From Deltaproteobacteria bacterium (GTDB lineage Bacteria > Myxococcota_A > Polyangia > JAAYKL01), in assembly GCA_028713995.1 (NCBI GenBank), contig JAQTNF010000001.1:39981-103980 (forward strand): 64,000 nt of DNA. The letters are read 5' to 3'. The translations under genes and the position numbers were made by a program. This document shows, one piece after another, positions 35,065-45,298 of this stretch. Within the stretch, counting starts at the first letter, position 1, and every line of letters begins with the position of its first letter. Below the pieces are notes generated by a model that did no database searches, had not been told where the DNA came from, and was given only the letters and a program-made list of their open reading frames with translations.

Positions 35065-36762
35065 ATGAACATGAAATTGACGAACCTCGCATCCTTGCAC
35101 GGTTACGGCCCGGCCGTGGCCCGCGCGCTCGCCGAGCTCGATGCCCACAAGATCATGGAGCGCATCTGGGCCAAGGACCATACGGTGTGGAAGCCCGAGC
35201 CGACCGAGATCGCCAACCGGCTCGCCTGGCTCCACGTGGTCAAGGAGACGCGCGCGGCCGCGCCCCGCCTGCACGGGCTCCTCGACGCGGCCCGCGCCCT
35301 GGGCTGCACGCACGCGATCCTCTTCGGCATGGGCGGCTCGAGCCTGGCTCCCGAGGTCTTCCGCAGGACCTTCGGCGTGGCCGAAGGCGCGCTCGACCTC
35401 GAGGTGCTCGACAGCACGGATCCGGGCGCGGTGCTCGCCCACGAGGCGCGCCTCGATCCGGCGCGCACGCTGCACATCGTGGCCACCAAGTCCGGCGGCA
35501 CGGTCGAGACCTTCTCGTTCTTCAGGTCCTTTTACAACCGCGCCGCAAAGACGCTCGGCAAGGAGCGCGCGGGCAGGCACTTTGTGGCCATCACGGATCC
35601 GGGCAGCAAGCTGGCCGAGATCGCCTCGTCGCTCGGCTTCCTCGCCACGCTCGAGAACGATCCGGACATCGGCGGCCGCTATTCGGCCCTGTCGTTCTTC
35701 GGAATGGGACCCGCGGCCTTGCTCGGCGTCCCCGTGGAGACCGTGCTCGACCGGGCCCTTTCCCTCGGCGAACGATGCCGCACCGCGCCGGCGGTCGAGA
35801 ACCCGGCGGCGTTCCTGGGCGCGGCCTTGGGCGAGCTGGCCAAGGCCGGCCGCGACAAGATGACGCTCGTTGTTTCGGACGGGCTTTCAAGCCTCGGCGA
35901 CTGGATCGAGCAGCTCGTGGCCGAGAGCACGGGCAAGGAAGGCCGGGGCGTCCTGCCGGTGGTGGGCGAGCCCGTGGGCGCGCCGCAGGCCTACGGTCCG
36001 GACCGCGTTTTCGTGCACGTGCGCCTCGACGGCGACGCGAGCAGGGACGCGGCCGTGTCCGCGCTCGAGGCCGCGGGACACCCGATCGTGCGCATCCCCG
36101 TGGCCGATCGCCTCGATCTGGGCGCCCTCTTCTTCCTGTTCGAGCTCGCGACCGCCGTGGCGGGAGAGCGGCTGCGCATCAACCCCTTCGACCAGCCGGA
36201 CGTGGAGTCCGCCAAGGTGAGCGCGCGCAAGGTGGTCGCCGAATACGCGACAAGGGGCAGCCTGCCGCAGGAGAGCCCGGTCCTCGTCGATGGCGGAATC
36301 GAAGTGTTCGCACGCGAGCCCGTGCCATCCGTCGACGGGCTGTTCGCATTCCTGCTCGAAGGCGCAGCAGCCGGCGCGTACGTGGCGCTGCAAGCGTACG
36401 TCACCCCCGACGCAGGAACCGCGCGCGCCCTCGACGCGCTGCGCCTCGCCATCCGCGACCGCTGGCGCGTGGCGTCCACCGTGGGCTTCGGGCCGCGATT
36501 CCTGCACTCCACGGGCCAGCTGCACAAGGGCGACCGCGGCAACGGGCTGTTCGTGCAGCTCACCGCGGACCACGCCCGCGACGTGGCGATTCCCGACGAG
36601 ATCGGCTCGGACAGATCGACCATGACCTTCGGCGTGCTCATCGCGGCGCAGGCCATGGGTGACGCCGAGGCCTTGAGGCAGGCCGGCCGCCGCGTGGTGC
36701 GCGTGCACCTGGGCGCGGATCCCGTGGCCGGCATCGAGCGCCTGACGAGGACCTTGGGCTGA
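35065..36762 (+). CDS. pgi: glucose-6-phosphate isomerase
   Basis: SIS-domain PGI signatures 'ILFGMGGSSLAPEV' and 'IVATKSGGTVETFSFF'. 565 aa. Confidence 0.85.
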   Translation: MNMKLTNLASLHGYGPAVARALAELDAHKIMERIWAKDHTVWKPEPTEIANRLAWLHVVKETRAAAPRLHGLLDAARALGCTHAILFGMGGSSLAPEVFRRTFGVAEGALDLEVLDSTDPGAVLAHEARLDPARTLHIVATKSGGTVETFSFFRSFYNRAAKTLGKERAGRHFVAITDPGSKLAEIASSLGFLATLENDPDIGGRYSALSFFGMGPAALLGVPVETVLDRALSLGERCRTAPAVENPAAFLGAALGELAKAGRDKMTLVVSDGLSSLGDWIEQLVAESTGKEGRGVLPVVGEPVGAPQAYGPDRVFVHVRLDGDASRDAAVSALEAAGHPIVRIPVADRLDLGALFFLFELATAVAGERLRINPFDQPDVESAKVSARKVVAEYATRGSLPQESPVLVDGGIEVFAREPVPSVDGLFAFLLEGAAAGAYVALQAYVTPDAGTARALDALRLAIRDRWRVASTVGFGPRFLHSTGQLHKGDRGNGLFVQLTADHARDVAIPDEIGSDRSTMTFGVLIAAQAMGDAEALRQAGRRVVRVHLGADPVAGIERLTRTLG

Positions 36763-36774
36763 GAAGGCTCAGCT
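36758..36774. terminator. short hairpin (GCTGAG-aagg-CTCAGC) between convergent pgi and the GH57 gene
   Basis: Perfect 6-bp inverted repeat spanning the pgi stop codon. No T-tract. Confidence 0.15.
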
Positions 36775-38889
36775 CGACCGAGCCACTTTCAGCCTGAGCT
36801 CGCGCGCCTCGAGCCAGTGCCCGAACGGCGCGCCGAAGACCAGGCAGAACCCCTGGAAGATGCGCTCGAACCCGTCCTCGGACGCGGACACGGTCTCGAT
36901 CGGATAGGCCGCGATCGTGCCCTCGCAAGAGAGCTCGAGCCGCAGCTCGAACCCGCGCAGCTCGTCGACCACGCGCACCTCGCGAGCGTCGCGCACCGTG
37001 GCCTCGCCGTCGATGGGGATGCGCCTGCCGCCCACGACGAGGTGGCGCATCTCGTCCCACGCGTTGAGCGTGAGGTTCATCTCGACACACGCGTGCGCAC
37101 CGCGCGGCGGGCGGCGCCGCAGATCGAGGTCCTCGACCAAGAGCGCGAGCTCGAAGCCGCAGCCTCTCGCGGGCAACCTGTATTCTTTCAGGATCGACAT
37201 CCGGCCGAAGCCCGCGTCCACGTCATCCGCGGCCAGATCCGCAATCAGGCAACCGCCCTCGTCGCCGAGGCTCATGACATGGAACGAGGTAGCGGCCAGG
37301 TTCCCCATCTCGCGCGCGACGCCCAGGCGCAGGGCCCGCGACGACGGCGCGGCCGGCAGCAGGAACGACGTGCCGGACAGGCGCATGCGACTGTCGTAGA
37401 CGAGGAAGCGCTCGAGCCCCTTCTCCTTGGCGGTCACCCGATCGTGGATCGACGCCGGCCCCTTGCGGGATGAGCGCGCCGCTGCCGAACGGACCTTGTC
37501 GTGGTAGATCTCCTCGCGCCGCGTGAGGACGTCGCTGAGCGACAGCCCGAGACCTTGATCGTCCCACAGGTACACGCTGCCCCCGCGGGCGGGAGAGACG
37601 ACGATCATCTGGTCGGCGGTCCGCGCGAGCACGTCCGGCCTGCCGTCGCGGTCGAAGTCCATCTCGCGGATGCCGCGCTCGGGCGCGATCCCGTCGACGA
37701 CGCGGTCGGCCTCCATGAGGTGGCCGTAGGCCGCGGCCCGCAGGAACGGCAGGTACAGCCCGCCGAACAGGCCGTGCCAATAAGCGTCGTTGCACTGGGC
37801 GAGGCAAAGCGCCCGCCGAGCCGCATCGAGGCCGCATGCGCCTCCCGCCTCGGCCGCGGCGAGCCGCTCGCTCGAAAGGAGCATGCGCTTGTGCAGGCGG
37901 TTCGACTCCTCGTACTTGACGAGGAACTGGTCGAAGAACCCGCCGCCGATGACGCCCTTTGCCGCGGCCCCGAGGCGCTTCATTGCGCGCCGCCGCTCCC
38001 GCGCTGCGGGCACGGGGAGCGCCCACTCGGTCATCTCCCTGTAGCTCGAGGCCGGCAGCGCCGCCCGCCCCGACGGCTCCCGTGCGGCCACCTCGGACAG
38101 GAAGGCGGTCTCGACCGTGTCGCGGCTCTCCTCGAGCGACGACAGGAACGCGTCGAGCCAGCCCTTCTCGAACACCCACTCGTGCGTGCCCGGCCACAGG
38201 CCGAACTTCTCGCCGTCGTCGAAGTAGGTGTACGCGGGCGTGCCCCCCGGGGGCGCGTCGGCCGCGGCCCAACGGCGCACGAGCGGCGCGATGCCCCGCG
38301 CGGGCCCGAAAGGGATGCGATAGCGCAGCGCCTCGCAGATCGGGAACACCTTGAGCACGTGGCCGTGCTTCTCCACCGTGCTGTATCCGGACATCCTGCG
38401 CCCGCCGAAGCCCGCCGCCCGGAAATGGTGGTCGTCCGCGAGCGCGTGGTCGATCCCGAGCGGGGCGAGCAGGGCCGGCAGCGACGGCTCGAAGACGCGC
38501 TCCGTGAGCCAGAGACCCGAGAACTGTGCGCCGACGAGCTCGCGCACGAGCTCGCGCATGGCCGCGATCTGGGCCGCCGCGTCGTGCTCCGGCAGGATGC
38601 CGAGAACCGGCTCGCCGAGGCCGGAACCCAGGATCTCCACGCGTCCGTCCGCGACGAGGGCTCGCAGATCCGAAAGAAGCGAGCGGTCGTGCTTTGCGAG
38701 CCACAAAAGGAGCGGCCCGGAAAAGTGCACGTTCCACTTCACCTGCGGGTGGCGGGCGATGGCGTCGAGCATGGGCCTGTAGCACCGCGCGATCGCCTTC
38801 TCGAACACGAAGTCGAAGTTCCCCGCTGGCTGGTGGTTGTGGATGCCGAGGCAGAGCGTGGCCCTGCCGGGGGGCGGCGCGGCCCTCAT
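36769..38889 (-). CDS. glycoside hydrolase family 57 protein (4-alpha-glucanotransferase / alpha-amylase-like)
   Basis: N-terminal 'LCLGIHNHQP...' is the GH57 signature motif. 706 aa. Confidence 0.8.
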   Translation of the reverse strand: MRAAPPPGRATLCLGIHNHQPAGNFDFVFEKAIARCYRPMLDAIARHPQVKWNVHFSGPLLLWLAKHDRSLLSDLRALVADGRVEILGSGLGEPVLGILPEHDAAAQIAAMRELVRELVGAQFSGLWLTERVFEPSLPALLAPLGIDHALADDHHFRAAGFGGRRMSGYSTVEKHGHVLKVFPICEALRYRIPFGPARGIAPLVRRWAAADAPPGGTPAYTYFDDGEKFGLWPGTHEWVFEKGWLDAFLSSLEESRDTVETAFLSEVAAREPSGRAALPASSYREMTEWALPVPAARERRRAMKRLGAAAKGVIGGGFFDQFLVKYEESNRLHKRMLLSSERLAAAEAGGACGLDAARRALCLAQCNDAYWHGLFGGLYLPFLRAAAYGHLMEADRVVDGIAPERGIREMDFDRDGRPDVLARTADQMIVVSPARGGSVYLWDDQGLGLSLSDVLTRREEIYHDKVRSAAARSSRKGPASIHDRVTAKEKGLERFLVYDSRMRLSGTSFLLPAAPSSRALRLGVAREMGNLAATSFHVMSLGDEGGCLIADLAADDVDAGFGRMSILKEYRLPARGCGFELALLVEDLDLRRRPPRGAHACVEMNLTLNAWDEMRHLVVGGRRIPIDGEATVRDAREVRVVDELRGFELRLELSCEGTIAAYPIETVSASEDGFERIFQGFCLVFGAPFGHWLEARELRLKVARSS

Positions 38890-39836
38890 TTCGACGGGGC
38901 TTCCTCCGCCTTGGCGTCAATCGCATCGAGGAGGGCGTCGAGCGCCTGCGCGTAGTCCTTCTGGGCCTTGTCGATCTGGGCCGGCATGCCGGGGGCGAGC
39001 TTGCGCGCCTCGGCCACGGCGCCGTCCAGGGCCGCGCGGCTCTTGGTGAGGGCCGCCAGACGCTCTGCGGAGGCCTGCTTGTCGGCCTTGGAGAGGCCCT
39101 CCGTGGCCGCGAGCTCCTTCTCCGCCGCGATGTCGTCGTCGAGCGTGTCCTCCACGTCGCCGGCCTCGGCGAGGAGCCGGTTCAGCTTCACCTTGTCCTC
39201 GACGAGCCCCACGCGCACGAGGTGGCTCGCGCGGCTGACGCGGTCGGCTCCGGCGCGCAACGGCTCCACGTTCTTCTTGCCGAGGGCGTCCTCGTGGCGG
39301 TCGATGAGCAGTTGGGCCTCGTTGTGGCCGCGCATGCGCTTCTCGAGCTGCTTCGACACGCCCTCCTTGAGCGAATAGGACACGGCGCCGTACACGTCGA
39401 CCTCGCAGGTCTGGTTCGTGTCCGTGATCTGCTTCTTGGCGGCCGCTTGCGTGCCGTTGGCCACGCGCTTGGTGATCTCGTCCTTCTCCTCCTCGAAGAA
39501 GGCGCGCGTCGCCGCGTCATCGGCCGCGCCGTCGGCGTAGGCACGACCGCGCCCGGCCTCGTCGGCCTTTTCGACCACGGCCTTCACCTTCGGCCACGGC
39601 GGGCCCGTGAGCTCTCCGGGGAGCCCCGCGAACGAGCCCGTGAGCGAGCCCGTCTCGGCCAGCCGGGCGTTATAGCCTGCGGCGACGGTGTTCACCTCTG
39701 CCGGATACTCGAGTGCGTAGCCGGAGAGCCCGGCGGACGAGGCCACGACCGGCTCGGGCTTCGGCTGGCTGCAAGCGCCGATCCCGACCGCCAGGGCCGC
39801 CCAGATGATGGCGTGGAAGACGTGTTGTGTTTTCAT
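38886..39836 (-). CDS. hypothetical helical lipoprotein
   Basis: Lipobox 'AVGIGAC'. Coiled-coil-rich. The stop overlaps the GH57 start by 4 nt. Confidence 0.5.
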   Translation of the reverse strand: MKTQHVFHAIIWAALAVGIGACSQPKPEPVVASSAGLSGYALEYPAEVNTVAAGYNARLAETGSLTGSFAGLPGELTGPPWPKVKAVVEKADEAGRGRAYADGAADDAATRAFFEEEKDEITKRVANGTQAAAKKQITDTNQTCEVDVYGAVSYSLKEGVSKQLEKRMRGHNEAQLLIDRHEDALGKKNVEPLRAGADRVSRASHLVRVGLVEDKVKLNRLLAEAGDVEDTLDDDIAAEKELAATEGLSKADKQASAERLAALTKSRAALDGAVAEARKLAPGMPAQIDKAQKDYAQALDALLDAIDAKAEEAPSK

Positions 39837-39908
39837 GTCGTGATGGAACAAGAAGGCGCCCCGGCTGTCAAGACACACGTGTCACCCCCGAAGAACCTCG
39901 AAAGAGCC

Positions 39909-40934
39909 TCAGCGGAAACCCACGATCTCCTCGACCGCCTCGAGCACGAGGCTCGTGAGGACTGTGTCGTCGAACGCGGGCATGGAGAGGCCGCGCTCGG
40001 CGAGAAGGCGCTCCGTGTGCGCCGTCGATACGCGCACGTCCCGAGGGTGGGCCCGGAAGAACTCGCGCGGTGACCAGGCGTCCTGACCGCCTCTCTTGAG
40101 CGCGCGCCGCGCGCCTGCAACAAGGTCGAAGCCGGAAGGGACGTGCGACAGGGCCAGCTCACTTACGCGCGCGGCCAGGTCCAAGGGGCGGCCCATGCCG
40201 GGCTCGATGAGGTGCAGGGTCTCGCCGCCCGCAGGGCCGGGGCGCGCGGCCAGGGTCGAGACAATCTCGGCTGCCGCGGCGACATCGGTCGCGAGGAGCG
40301 GCGCGTGCATGTCCTTGAGGGACGCGGCGAGCTCGGGCTGCGAGGCGAGCAGCAGGTGAGCCACGGGCGCGAGGCCGGTCCCGCGGCCGCAGAGCCAGCC
40401 GGTGCGCACGATCGTAAGGGGGAGTCTGCCCGCAAACCGGCGCAGGACGCGCTCGGCCCTAAAACGATCCTCGGCGTCCTCGGAGGAAAACTCCTGGCCT
40501 GCATCGAGATCGTGCTCGGCGAACACGCCATCGATGGAGCCGCATACGTCCAGGTGCGACAGGACGATGGCGTGCTCGAGTCGGGGCGCGGCGAGGGCGA
40601 GCTCGATCACCTCGCGTGTCTGGGCGCGGGCGCGGGTCGGGGGCTCGCCGTGACGCGGCGCGGGCAGATCGAGCGCGACGATCGCGGCGACCTCGTTCGA
40701 CAGCGAGAGATAGTCCGGGCCCGTGAGCCCGAAGTCGATGCGCGTCAGGGATCCGATCAGGATCCGGACCCTGCCGTCGACGCCGGCCGCGAGGCGCTGC
40801 GCCTCTTCCGCGTGCGCGGCCTCAACGAGAATCACGATCCTCGTGTCCGGGCGAAGGACCAGGTTCGCGGCGATGCGTTCGGCCAGGGACCCCGGAAACC
40901 CCACGACGAGCACGGTGCGCCCCTTGCCGGTCAC
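39909..40934 (-). CDS. NAD-dependent epimerase/dehydratase (extended SDR / NAD_binding_4-like) protein
   Basis: N-terminal Rossmann 'TVLVVGFPGSLAERIAANL'. 341 aa. 4-nt overlap with coaE. Confidence 0.6.
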   Translation of the reverse strand: MTGKGRTVLVVGFPGSLAERIAANLVLRPDTRIVILVEAAHAEEAQRLAAGVDGRVRILIGSLTRIDFGLTGPDYLSLSNEVAAIVALDLPAPRHGEPPTRARAQTREVIELALAAPRLEHAIVLSHLDVCGSIDGVFAEHDLDAGQEFSSEDAEDRFRAERVLRRFAGRLPLTIVRTGWLCGRGTGLAPVAHLLLASQPELAASLKDMHAPLLATDVAAAAEIVSTLAARPGPAGGETLHLIEPGMGRPLDLAARVSELALSHVPSGFDLVAGARRALKRGGQDAWSPREFFRAHPRDVRVSTAHTERLLAERGLSMPAFDDTVLTSLVLEAVEEIVGFR

Positions 40935-41554
40935 ACCTTGCCTCCGAAGCGCTCTTCGATGCGGGTGAGGATCTCGAGCGTGCGTTCCCGCGCCTCTTCC
41001 GGCGGGCCGTCGTTCTCTATGACCCAGTCGGCCACGGCCAGCTTCTCGGCGAGCGCGTGCTGGGACGCGATGCGCGCCGCGGCCTCCTCCGGGGAAAGCC
41101 CGTCGCGGGCCGCGAGCCGCTTGAGCTGCGTGGCCACGGGGCAGGAGATCACCACCAGCGCCGAAAGGTTCCGATACGTGCCGGTTTCGACCAGCAACGC
41201 CGCCTCGTAGAACGCGAACGAAGCGCCGCGCTCGGCCACGAGGGCGAGTCCCTTCTGGGCCAGACGCGAGATGGCCGGGTGGGTCAGGGACGCGAGAAGC
41301 TCGAGGCGCTCCTTGTTCCCGAACACGAGCGCGCCGAGCTTCCGGCGATCGATGGTCCCGTCGTCCCCCAGGATCTCGCGGCCGAAGGCCAGGACCGTTC
41401 CGGCGTAAGCCTCGCCGTCCGGCTCGAGCACCATGTGGCCGAGCTGGTCCGCGTCGAGCACCGGCGCGCCGGCCTCCCGCAAGAAGCCCGCGACGAGGCT
41501 CTTGCCCGAGGCGATGCCGCCGGTCAGGCCGACCACGTTGACGGGGAAGGACAT
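40931..41554 (-). CDS. coaE: dephospho-CoA kinase
   Basis: 'VNVVGLTGGIASGKS' P-loop and CoaE fold. 207 aa. The upstream Arg/Pro-rich part of the ORF-track entry is rejected. Confidence 0.85.
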   Translation of the reverse strand: MSFPVNVVGLTGGIASGKSLVAGFLREAGAPVLDADQLGHMVLEPDGEAYAGTVLAFGREILGDDGTIDRRKLGALVFGNKERLELLASLTHPAISRLAQKGLALVAERGASFAFYEAALLVETGTYRNLSALVVISCPVATQLKRLAARDGLSPEEAAARIASQHALAEKLAVADWVIENDGPPEEARERTLEILTRIEERFGGKV

Positions 41555-41567
41555 GGGGGAAGACGGC

Positions 41568-42188
41568 CTACTCGAACAGGGAATCGACGGTTTCGTTGTT
41601 CTGTTCCTTCTTCTCGGGCTCGGGTTCCTTGAGGGAGCCGGCCTCGTCGGGCGACGTTGGCATGTTCTTCTGCCCGTCCTCGAAGCCGGACGAGGCCTCA
41701 TAGTCGTCGTCCATGACCGCGGGACCGGCCTCCTTGGGCTTGAGCTTCTTCTTGCCCTCGGTGAGCTTGTTCCCGTTCCAGACGTTGCCCACCTCGCTGT
41801 CGCCGAAACCCCACTCGCCCACGATCTTGTGCTTCTTGTGATCCTTCACCTGCTCGATCGCGTACTTGTACACGCCGTGGCCGTTGGTCTCGCGGGGCTT
41901 GCCGCGCAGCCGCTCGTCCCACTGGGTCCACTTGAAGTACAGGAGGTCGCCGTTCACGTGACCCTCGATGCGGCCGTAGCGCATCTCGCCCTCGTAGAGC
42001 CCGGTCACGTTGCCGCCCGTCTCGGTCAGCTCCATCCGGCCGAAGTCGGTCATCCATACGCCGTCGAAGCTCCCGCCCTCGGGCATGGGCCCGGGTTTGA
42101 AGGTGCTCTTCCCGGCCATGGCGCCGCCACAGCCCGCGGCGAGCCCTGCCGCCATAACCACGATCGCGATGAGCGTGAGTCTCCTCAT
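41568..42188 (-). CDS. hypothetical lipoprotein with a Lys/Glu-rich tail
   Basis: RBS GGAGGAGCGC. Lipobox 'LAAGCGG'. Confidence 0.55.
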   Translation of the reverse strand: MRRLTLIAIVVMAAGLAAGCGGAMAGKSTFKPGPMPEGGSFDGVWMTDFGRMELTETGGNVTGLYEGEMRYGRIEGHVNGDLLYFKWTQWDERLRGKPRETNGHGVYKYAIEQVKDHKKHKIVGEWGFGDSEVGNVWNGNKLTEGKKKLKPKEAGPAVMDDDYEASSGFEDGQKNMPTSPDEAGSLKEPEPEKKEQNNETVDSLFE

Positions 42189-42278
42189 GTTGCGCTCCTC
42201 CTTTCGAAGCGGTCCGAGTGTAGCAAGGTCGAAAATTCGAGGCAACTGGTCCGCGTCGTGGGGCTATACTTCCCGGAA

Positions 42279-42899
42279 ATGGGCCTTCCCGACATCGGCG
42301 AGCGGATCGTCGCGTTCCTGTCCGGGGGCGAGAGCGCGGCCGGGCTCGCCGTGCTCTTCGTCTCCGCGGCGGTCGAGTACGTGTTTCCGCCGTTCCCGGG
42401 CGACACGATCACCCTGTTCGGCGCTTTCCTGGCGGCGAACCTCGGGTGGAGCGTGCCGCTCGTGTTCGTTGCGGTGACGGCCGGATCGCTCGCGGGCGCG
42501 TCGATCGATTACGCGCTGGGCCGCAGGCTCGCGCGCACCCCGGCCGCGTCGCTCTCGGGAAGGGCGAAAAAGGCCCGCGAGCGGGTCGAGCCGATCCTGG
42601 AGCGGTTCCGTTGCCACGGTGCGGCGTACATCATGGTGAACCGGTTCCTGCCCGGCGTGCGCGCCCTGTTCTTCGTCGCCGCGGGCATGGCCGGCTTGCC
42701 CGCGGGCCGCGTGCTCCTCTACGGCTTCGTTTCCGCCGCGGCGTGGAACGCGCTCGTCATCGCGACGGGCTTCGCGGTCGGAAGGAGCTGGGAGCGCCTG
42801 CTCGGTCTGCTCGGAACCTACACGGCCGTGGCGTGGATCCCGGTGGTGGTTCTCGTCATCGCGGTCCTGTGGATCGTCTTTCGCCCGAAGCGCGGCTGA
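42279..42899 (+). CDS. DedA/SNARE-associated (VTT domain) family membrane protein
   Basis: 'EYVFPPFPGDTITLFGAFLAANLGW' DedA signature. About 4 TM segments. Confidence 0.8.
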   Translation: MGLPDIGERIVAFLSGGESAAGLAVLFVSAAVEYVFPPFPGDTITLFGAFLAANLGWSVPLVFVAVTAGSLAGASIDYALGRRLARTPAASLSGRAKKARERVEPILERFRCHGAAYIMVNRFLPGVRALFFVAAGMAGLPAGRVLLYGFVSAAAWNALVIATGFAVGRSWERLLGLLGTYTAVAWIPVVVLVIAVLWIVFRPKRG

Positions 42900-42908
42900 A
42901 GGGCGGGA

Positions 42909-44063
42909 TCAGACAGCGAGCGCGAGCTGGACCGGAGGCCGCCGTCCGTCGAGGAGCACGTAGGGCGCGGCGGCGCGGCCCGAGACGCCCATGGCCTCGA
43001 GCGCCGGGAGGCTGCGGATGGGCGCCTTCCTGCGCGTCGACTCGATGCGCGCCGCGCAGACCGGGCCGATTCCCGGCACGCGCACGAGCTCCTCCGCTCG
43101 CGCCGTGTTGACCTCGAGCGGGAAGCGCTCGGGGTGCAGGGCGGCCCACGCGGTCTTGGGATCCGTGGCCGAAGGGAGCGCGCCGTCCTCGCCGAACGGG
43201 ATCTCGTCGATGCCGAACCCGTACTTCCGCAGGAGGAAGTCCATCTGGTAGAGCCGGTGCTCGCGCGCGAACGGCGTGGGCGGCTTTCCCTCGAGCGGCG
43301 TGCCGGGCACGGGCTGGAACGCCGAGTAGTAGACCCGCGCCAGGTTCAGGCGGCCGTACAGGAGCGACGCGCTGCGGCCGATCTCGGCGTCGGTCTCCTC
43401 CGAGGCGCCCACCACGAGCTGCGTGGTCTGCCCGGACCTGGCGAAGCGCCCCTCGGCCTCGGCCCGCGCGATCTGGCGCATGGGCGCCACGAGCTCGCTT
43501 TCGAACGCCTTGGCCGGTGCCATGCGCGCGAGGCGCGCGGCGTTGGGCGCCTCCAGGTTCACGGAAACGCGCGTGGCGAGCTGCATGGCGCGCTCCACCT
43601 GGTCGGGTCTCGCGCCGGGCAGCACCTTGAGGTGCAGGTAGCCGCGGAAGCGGTGGCGCAGGCGCAGGATCTCGGCCGTGGCCAGCATTCGCTCCATGGT
43701 GGCCGGTGCGCCGTCGCGGATGGCGGACGACAGGAACATCCCGAAGACGCTCCCTTGCGCGTGCATGTCGGAAAAGAGCCGCGCCAGCTCGTCGGGCGTG
43801 AACGACGCGCCGCGCCCGGCCGCGCCGCCGCTGCGCTCCACGCAGTAGTAGCAGCCCCGCTCGCATCCCGATTGCTGCAAGACCTTGAGCATGGGCACGC
43901 GCTTGCCCGACGGCAGCGCCGCCGGATAGATCCAGCGTCCGTCCGGACCACGCTTGCGGGGCTGCGACGGTCCGCACGAGCATGAGAGATCGTAGCGCGC
44001 GGCCTCGCCCAGGATCTCGAGCCGTTCCGAGAGCGACGGCGAAACGCGAACAACTGGAGCCAT
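42909..44063 (-). CDS. putative DNA modification/repair radical SAM protein (with C-terminal helix-hairpin-helix)
   Basis: 'CERGCYYC' CxxxCxxC radical-SAM cluster. C-terminal HhH 'LVRVPGIGPVCAARI'. 384 aa. Confidence 0.7.
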   Translation of the reverse strand: MAPVVRVSPSLSERLEILGEAARYDLSCSCGPSQPRKRGPDGRWIYPAALPSGKRVPMLKVLQQSGCERGCYYCVERSGGAAGRGASFTPDELARLFSDMHAQGSVFGMFLSSAIRDGAPATMERMLATAEILRLRHRFRGYLHLKVLPGARPDQVERAMQLATRVSVNLEAPNAARLARMAPAKAFESELVAPMRQIARAEAEGRFARSGQTTQLVVGASEETDAEIGRSASLLYGRLNLARVYYSAFQPVPGTPLEGKPPTPFAREHRLYQMDFLLRKYGFGIDEIPFGEDGALPSATDPKTAWAALHPERFPLEVNTARAEELVRVPGIGPVCAARIESTRRKAPIRSLPALEAMGVSGRAAAPYVLLDGRRPPVQLALAV

Positions 44064-44209
44064 GCCCAGAGACTACTGAACATTTGACGAGGTGTCAAAG
44101 CCCGCACCGGGCCGGCTGCAACGCCCATGAGCCGGGGCTGTACACGTTGGTAGACATATGCGAAACCGGTGTCGGAAGGTGGACGCAACCCAAGGAGACG
44201 GAGAGGACC

Positions 44210-45298
44210 ATGCCCAACAAACAAGCCATCCTCGTGGTGTTGATCGCGCTCTTCTCTGGCCTGGCAGCCGCGTGCAACGGATCAAAGGCCGCGCCGGAAG
44301 AGCGCGCCGCTGCGGCCCCGGGGAAGGCCGGGACGCCCAAGAAGGAGATCGTGCGCACCTTGACCCTGGGAGCGTACACCACGCCGCGCGAGGTGTACGG
44401 CAACGCGGTCATCCCGGCGTTCCAGAAGGAATGGAAGCAGAAGACCCACGAGGAGGTCCGTTTCGAGCAGTCGTACCAGGGCAGCGGGGCCCAGGCGCGC
44501 GCCATCATCGGCGGGTTCGAGGCCGACGTGGCGGCCCTCTCGCTCGAGCCGGACGTGCAGAAGATCGCGGACGCCGGGCTCATCAAGAACGCGTGGCGCG
44601 AGGGGCCGTTCGGCGGAATGGTGAGCCGCTCCATCGTGGTCATCGGCGTGCGGCCGGGAAACCCCAAGGGCATCAAGGACTGGGATGATCTCGCCAAGCC
44701 GGGCCTGGCGGTCGTCACGCCCAACGTGAAGACGAGCGGCGGCGCCATGTGGAACGTCCTGGCCGTGTACGGCGCGGCCTTCCGCGGACACACCAAGGCC
44801 AAGGCAGGCGACGCGGCCGCGGCCGAAGCCCTGCTCGAAAAAGTGCTCGCGAACGTGACCGTGATGGACAAGGGCGCGCGCGAGTCCATGCTCACCTTCG
44901 AGCGCGGCATCGGCGACGCCATCATCACCTACGAGAACGAGGTCCTGGCCGCCAAGAACGCGGGTCGCGCCTACGACTACGTCATCCCCAAGTCCACAAT
45001 CCTCATCGAGAACCCGGTGGCCGTGGTCGACGGCTACGCCGGGCGCCATGGGGTGAAGGACGTGGCCGAGGCGTTCGTGAAGTTCCTCGCGACGCCGGCA
45101 TCCCAGGAGGCCTTTGCAAAGGGCGGCTATCGGCCCGTGGACGACAAGGTGGCCGCGGGCTTCGCGGACAAGTTCCCCAAGGTCGAGGATCTCTTCTCCG
45201 TGCGCGACTTCGGCGGTTGGCCGCAGCTCGTGAAGACCCTGTTCGCGGACGGAGCGGCCTACGACAAGGTCATTGCGGCTGTCTCGGAGAAGAAATGA
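44210..45298 (+). CDS. cysP: sulfate/thiosulfate ABC transporter substrate-binding lipoprotein
   Basis: Lipobox 'LFSGLAAAC'. Sbp/CysP family 'SYQGSGAQARAII' and 'NPKTSGGA'. Confidence 0.85.
   Translation: MPNKQAILVVLIALFSGLAAACNGSKAAPEERAAAAPGKAGTPKKEIVRTLTLGAYTTPREVYGNAVIPAFQKEWKQKTHEEVRFEQSYQGSGAQARAIIGGFEADVAALSLEPDVQKIADAGLIKNAWREGPFGGMVSRSIVVIGVRPGNPKGIKDWDDLAKPGLAVVTPNVKTSGGAMWNVLAVYGAAFRGHTKAKAGDAAAAEALLEKVLANVTVMDKGARESMLTFERGIGDAIITYENEVLAAKNAGRAYDYVIPKSTILIENPVAVVDGYAGRHGVKDVAEAFVKFLATPASQEAFAKGGYRPVDDKVAAGFADKFPKVEDLFSVRDFGGWPQLVKTLFADGAAYDKVIAAVSEKK

Noticed and set aside
35141-36734. ORFs 35141..35863, 35187..36662, 35887..36708 and 35991..36734 overlapping pgi
   Set aside because: The PGI frame has the SIS-domain signatures. 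The others are Arg/Ala-rich.
36817-40073. ORFs 37223..38926(-), 37501..38955(+), 38526..40073(+) and others over the GH57 and lipoprotein genes
   Set aside because: Alternate frames. GH57 ('GIHNHQP') and the lipoprotein frames are the coherent ones.
43134-43985. 283-aa plus-strand ORF; also 42446..43111, 42856..43983 and 43559..44224
   Set aside because: Antisense or alternate frame of the radical-SAM gene (CxxxCxxC plus HhH).
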